Shown here: in pieces, positions 61,449-64,000 of the stretch
Numbering within the stretch: position 1 is the first letter of the stretch
How the letters are laid out: each line of letters begins with the position of its first letter
Origin: an uncultured Alphaproteobacteria bacterium
GTDB lineage: Bacteria > Pseudomonadota > Alphaproteobacteria > Sphingomonadales > Sphingomonadaceae
Assembly: GCA_963741605.1 (NCBI GenBank)
Contig: CAVUII010000002.1
Location: forward strand, 732,662-796,661
Direction of reading: 5' to 3'
Length of the DNA: 64,000 bases
Notes under the pieces: model-generated
The model's database searches: none
The model's input: only the letters and a program-made list of their open reading frames with translations
Told to the model about the DNA's origin: nothing
Made by a program: the position numbers and the translations under genes

Positions 61449-62249
61449 TCAAACAAACAGCGCCACTGCCTGCATTCCTGTCAACATCGGCTTGCCTTCA
61501 CTGTTCCACGCCATCATTCGCTGGCTGCTGCCGCCGTGGACCGCATGATCGGCGTCGCTTTGCAAATACCACCAGCCGCGTTCGGTTTGCGGATTGGCTT
61601 CCAGAACATTGACCTGCCAGTTTATCGAGCTGACCGGCGCTTTTTCTGGCATTAGCCCCATCGCCGCTGGTGGCAAAGCATCACCGATGCACAATAATTC
61701 GGCCATCGGGTCGAGTCCGTCTCGCTCCTTGAAGCGATGCCATGCGCCAATGCAGGTGTCACCCTTCACCAACGCTGCACGGCTTTCGGAATATTCCATA
61801 TTGTGGGTGAAAAATTGCGGCGGTCCGCTGCGTACCTGTTCTTCGGTGGGCAGCGGCGGAAGCGCGGGCACGGGGAAGCCATCATAATCCAATTTGCTTT
61901 CGCGGCGTGTCATGAACACAAAAGTAGCGGATAGGGCAATGTCATCTCCCACATGGATGTCAGAACGCACAAAGGCGCTATTGCGGCCGCGACGCAACAC
62001 TGTCGATTGGATCTCAACCGTCCCGGCAATTGGCCCTGAAAATGCAATTTGTGCGGAAAGCAATGGCGGTGTGTCTGTCGCGACCAGCCTTGCTGATTGA
62101 TAGGCAAGCGCGGTGCTGAGCCCGCCATAGGCGGTGCGTCCCTGATGCCAAGTCGTGGGAATATGGATAGTGTGCCGATCGGCGGCGGGTTGCAATTGAG
62201 CAAAAAGCGAAGCTAAGTCCATAAGCAATGCCGCTACCGCGTGATCCAT
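61449..62249 (-). CDS. Acyl-CoA thioesterase (double hot-dog) family protein (alternative start 62222)
   Basis: WHQGRTAYGG, IGDALPP, SSINW. Confidence 0.85.
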   Translation of the reverse strand: MDHAVAALLMDLASLFAQLQPAADRHTIHIPTTWHQGRTAYGGLSTALAYQSARLVATDTPPLLSAQIAFSGPIAGTVEIQSTVLRRGRNSAFVRSDIHVGDDIALSATFVFMTRRESKLDYDGFPVPALPPLPTEEQVRSGPPQFFTHNMEYSESRAALVKGDTCIGAWHRFKERDGLDPMAELLCIGDALPPAAMGLMPEKAPVSSINWQVNVLEANPQTERGWWYLQSDADHAVHGGSSQRMMAWNSEGKPMLTGMQAVALFV

Positions 62250-62290
62250 GCGAAGGCCAGAGGGAAACAGGAAGGGAAAGCAAGATCGCG

Positions 62291-63313
62291 ATGTACGCTT
62301 GGCTGCCTAAGCTGCTCCGCATGGTTGGCTCCGACGCGCCGGATACCATTCTGGCCGACATCGCTCTGCGGCTGGTGGAAATGGGCGTGACTATGGGCAT
62401 ATCGCGTCCACAAATGTTGCGCGATCTGCAGATAGATGAAGTCATTGCGCGTAATCCAATGGCGCGGTTGCCGTTGGCCGATGTGCTGCAACTGACCGCC
62501 CGGATCGAAGCGCGGACGGACAATCCGGTATTGGGCTTGCAAATCGCGGAGAGGATCAAGCCTGACGGTTTTTCAGACATCACCTATCCCATCATGTTCG
62601 CGCCCGATGTGGCCACCGCTTTCCAGTTGTTAAGTTCGATGCATCCGCATTACCAAAACGTGCTGCGTGCCGATTTTGCGATTGAAGATGACATCGCCAC
62701 ACTCACATTTCGATCCCCATCGGGCGACGCGCGCGACCTGGGTCCTGTCGCCGAATGGGCGGTCGCGGGGCAAACGGGACTGGGCGGAGTGATGCTAGGG
62801 CGACCCTTGGCCATCCGCCACCTTGCCTTTGCCCATGAACCGCGCCGGCCAATTGCCCTTTACGAATCCCATTTCGAATGCCCGGTCTCGTTTGAAGCAC
62901 CCGAAACGCAAATGACGCTGGATACCGCAGAGATGCTCCGTCCTTCGCCGCATGCACGGCCTGAGCTGCTCGCAGCAGCCCGTGCCGCGCACGCCATGTT
63001 GACCGATTGGTTCGATCAAGGAAAGCCGCACCTTGCCTGCGCCTATATGTTTGCGCTGATGCAACTTGATCGGCGGCCTGTATCGCTCGATCGGATGGCG
63101 ATTGCCTTTGGCTTTAGCGAACGGACTTTGCGGCGACATTTGCATGATGAAGGCCTGTCGTTTCGCACGCTGACCGATATGGCGCGGCAATCCTTGTGCA
63201 CATTATATCGTATGGAGGGCAAATTGCCGCTGAGCGAAATTGCGACCCGACTGGGCTATGGCGAACCCAGTGCGCTCAGCCGATCATTGCGGCGCTGGCA
63301 AAAGCCACAATAA
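62291..63313 (+). CDS. AraC-family regulator (arabinose-binding-like N-terminus)
   Basis: SERTLRRHL...SEIATRLGYGEPSALSR. Confidence 0.9.
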   Translation: MYAWLPKLLRMVGSDAPDTILADIALRLVEMGVTMGISRPQMLRDLQIDEVIARNPMARLPLADVLQLTARIEARTDNPVLGLQIAERIKPDGFSDITYPIMFAPDVATAFQLLSSMHPHYQNVLRADFAIEDDIATLTFRSPSGDARDLGPVAEWAVAGQTGLGGVMLGRPLAIRHLAFAHEPRRPIALYESHFECPVSFEAPETQMTLDTAEMLRPSPHARPELLAAARAAHAMLTDWFDQGKPHLACAYMFALMQLDRRPVSLDRMAIAFGFSERTLRRHLHDEGLSFRTLTDMARQSLCTLYRMEGKLPLSEIATRLGYGEPSALSRSLRRWQKPQ

Positions 63314-63332
63314 AGCGCGGCGTTTGGGTCGG

Positions 63333-64000
63333 TCAGTCGATTTCGATCCAGACTGGCGCATGGTCGCTTGGCGTGTCCCTGCCGCGATGATCTTTGTCGA
63401 CACCACAGCCACGCAGACGATCCGCAACGACAGGGCTCAACAAATGATGGTCAATGCGGAAACCATGGTCCTGCTGCCAAGCTCCCGCCTGATAATCCCA
63501 ATAGGTCCAGATGCCGCCTGCGGGATAATGCGTGGCCAAGGCATCGGTCCAACCACGCGCCAATAGCCTGCGATAGGCAGCGCGCGATTCAGGCTGGGTC
63601 AGCGCATCATCGCGCATCGCCTTTGACGACCAGATATCGTGTTCAAATGGGATGACATTAAAATCACCCGTCAGCACCACAGGCAGCTCTGTTGCCATTA
63701 ACGCATCGGCGCGATCCTGCAGTCGCTTCATCCAGCGCAGTTTGAAATCGAATTTAGGCCCAGGCTGCGGGTTGCCATTGGGCAAATAGATGCTGGCAAC
63801 GCGTATTACCCCACCTTTTCCATCCGCCACGTCGGCTTCTAAATAACGGCTATGCTCATCCTCAGGCTCCCCTGCCAATCCGCGTGCCGTTTCCACCGGC
63901 TGCTCCTTGTGCGCCAATATGGCGACGCCATTGAAACTTTTTTGGCCGTGCCAAATCGCGCCATATCCCAGCCGTTCGAACTCAGCGATGGGAAAGCCTT
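63333..64000 (-). CDS. xth: Exodeoxyribonuclease III, 5' end outside the window
   Basis: HGQKSFNGVAIL, SIYLPNGNP, GDFNV, RIDHHL, PSDHAPV. Confidence 0.95.
   Translation of the reverse strand, partial: GFPIAEFERLGYGAIWHGQKSFNGVAILAHKEQPVETARGLAGEPEDEHSRYLEADVADGKGGVIRVASIYLPNGNPQPGPKFDFKLRWMKRLQDRADALMATELPVVLTGDFNVIPFEHDIWSSKAMRDDALTQPESRAAYRRLLARGWTDALATHYPAGGIWTYWDYQAGAWQQDHGFRIDHHLLSPVVADRLRGCGVDKDHRGRDTPSDHAPVWIEID

Noticed and set aside
1-64000. GCCGGC avoidance as support for NaeI specificity
   Set aside because: Sites are present (e.g. 3223, 11591); a count against a Markov expectation is needed and was not run
1-64000. CRISPR array, tRNA, rRNA, prophage or integron
   Set aside because: No regularly spaced repeats, cloverleaf or rRNA motifs, or integrase or structural gene clusters seen

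Overview
Chromosomal window of an alphaproteobacterium whose gene content and protein style point to Sphingomonadaceae (Sphingorhabdus-like; inference). The backbone is housekeeping: an acyl-CoA dehydrogenase pair, phasin, clpS, murA, phbB, hemH, hflKC, degP, nadB, tldD, glnK-amtB, dnaN, rlmN, rpoBC, rplJL, rplKA and xth. Small accessory modules are scattered through it. The most interesting are: (1) a stand-alone PBECR3-like RNase gene whose stop codon starts a 70-nt hairpin with a convergent promoter (candidate RNA-antitoxin system); (2) an unannotated 30-aa hydrophobic ORF with type I toxin-antitoxin architecture after murA; (3) an orphan terminase-small-subunit-like gene and a Dcm/NaeI-like restriction-modification operon, each behind an alphaproteobacterial LexA box; (4) an IS30 element inside a REP doublet with an exact 40-bp flanking duplication; (5) a REP doublet in frame inside chrA; (6) CU-loop sRNA candidates in the 3' UTRs of phasin and amtB. 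Two type II TA pairs are present. Three genes carry +1 frameshifts (four events), more likely assembly errors than biology. No CRISPR, rRNA or tRNA was seen. All family assignments are by visual motif recognition; no searches were run.
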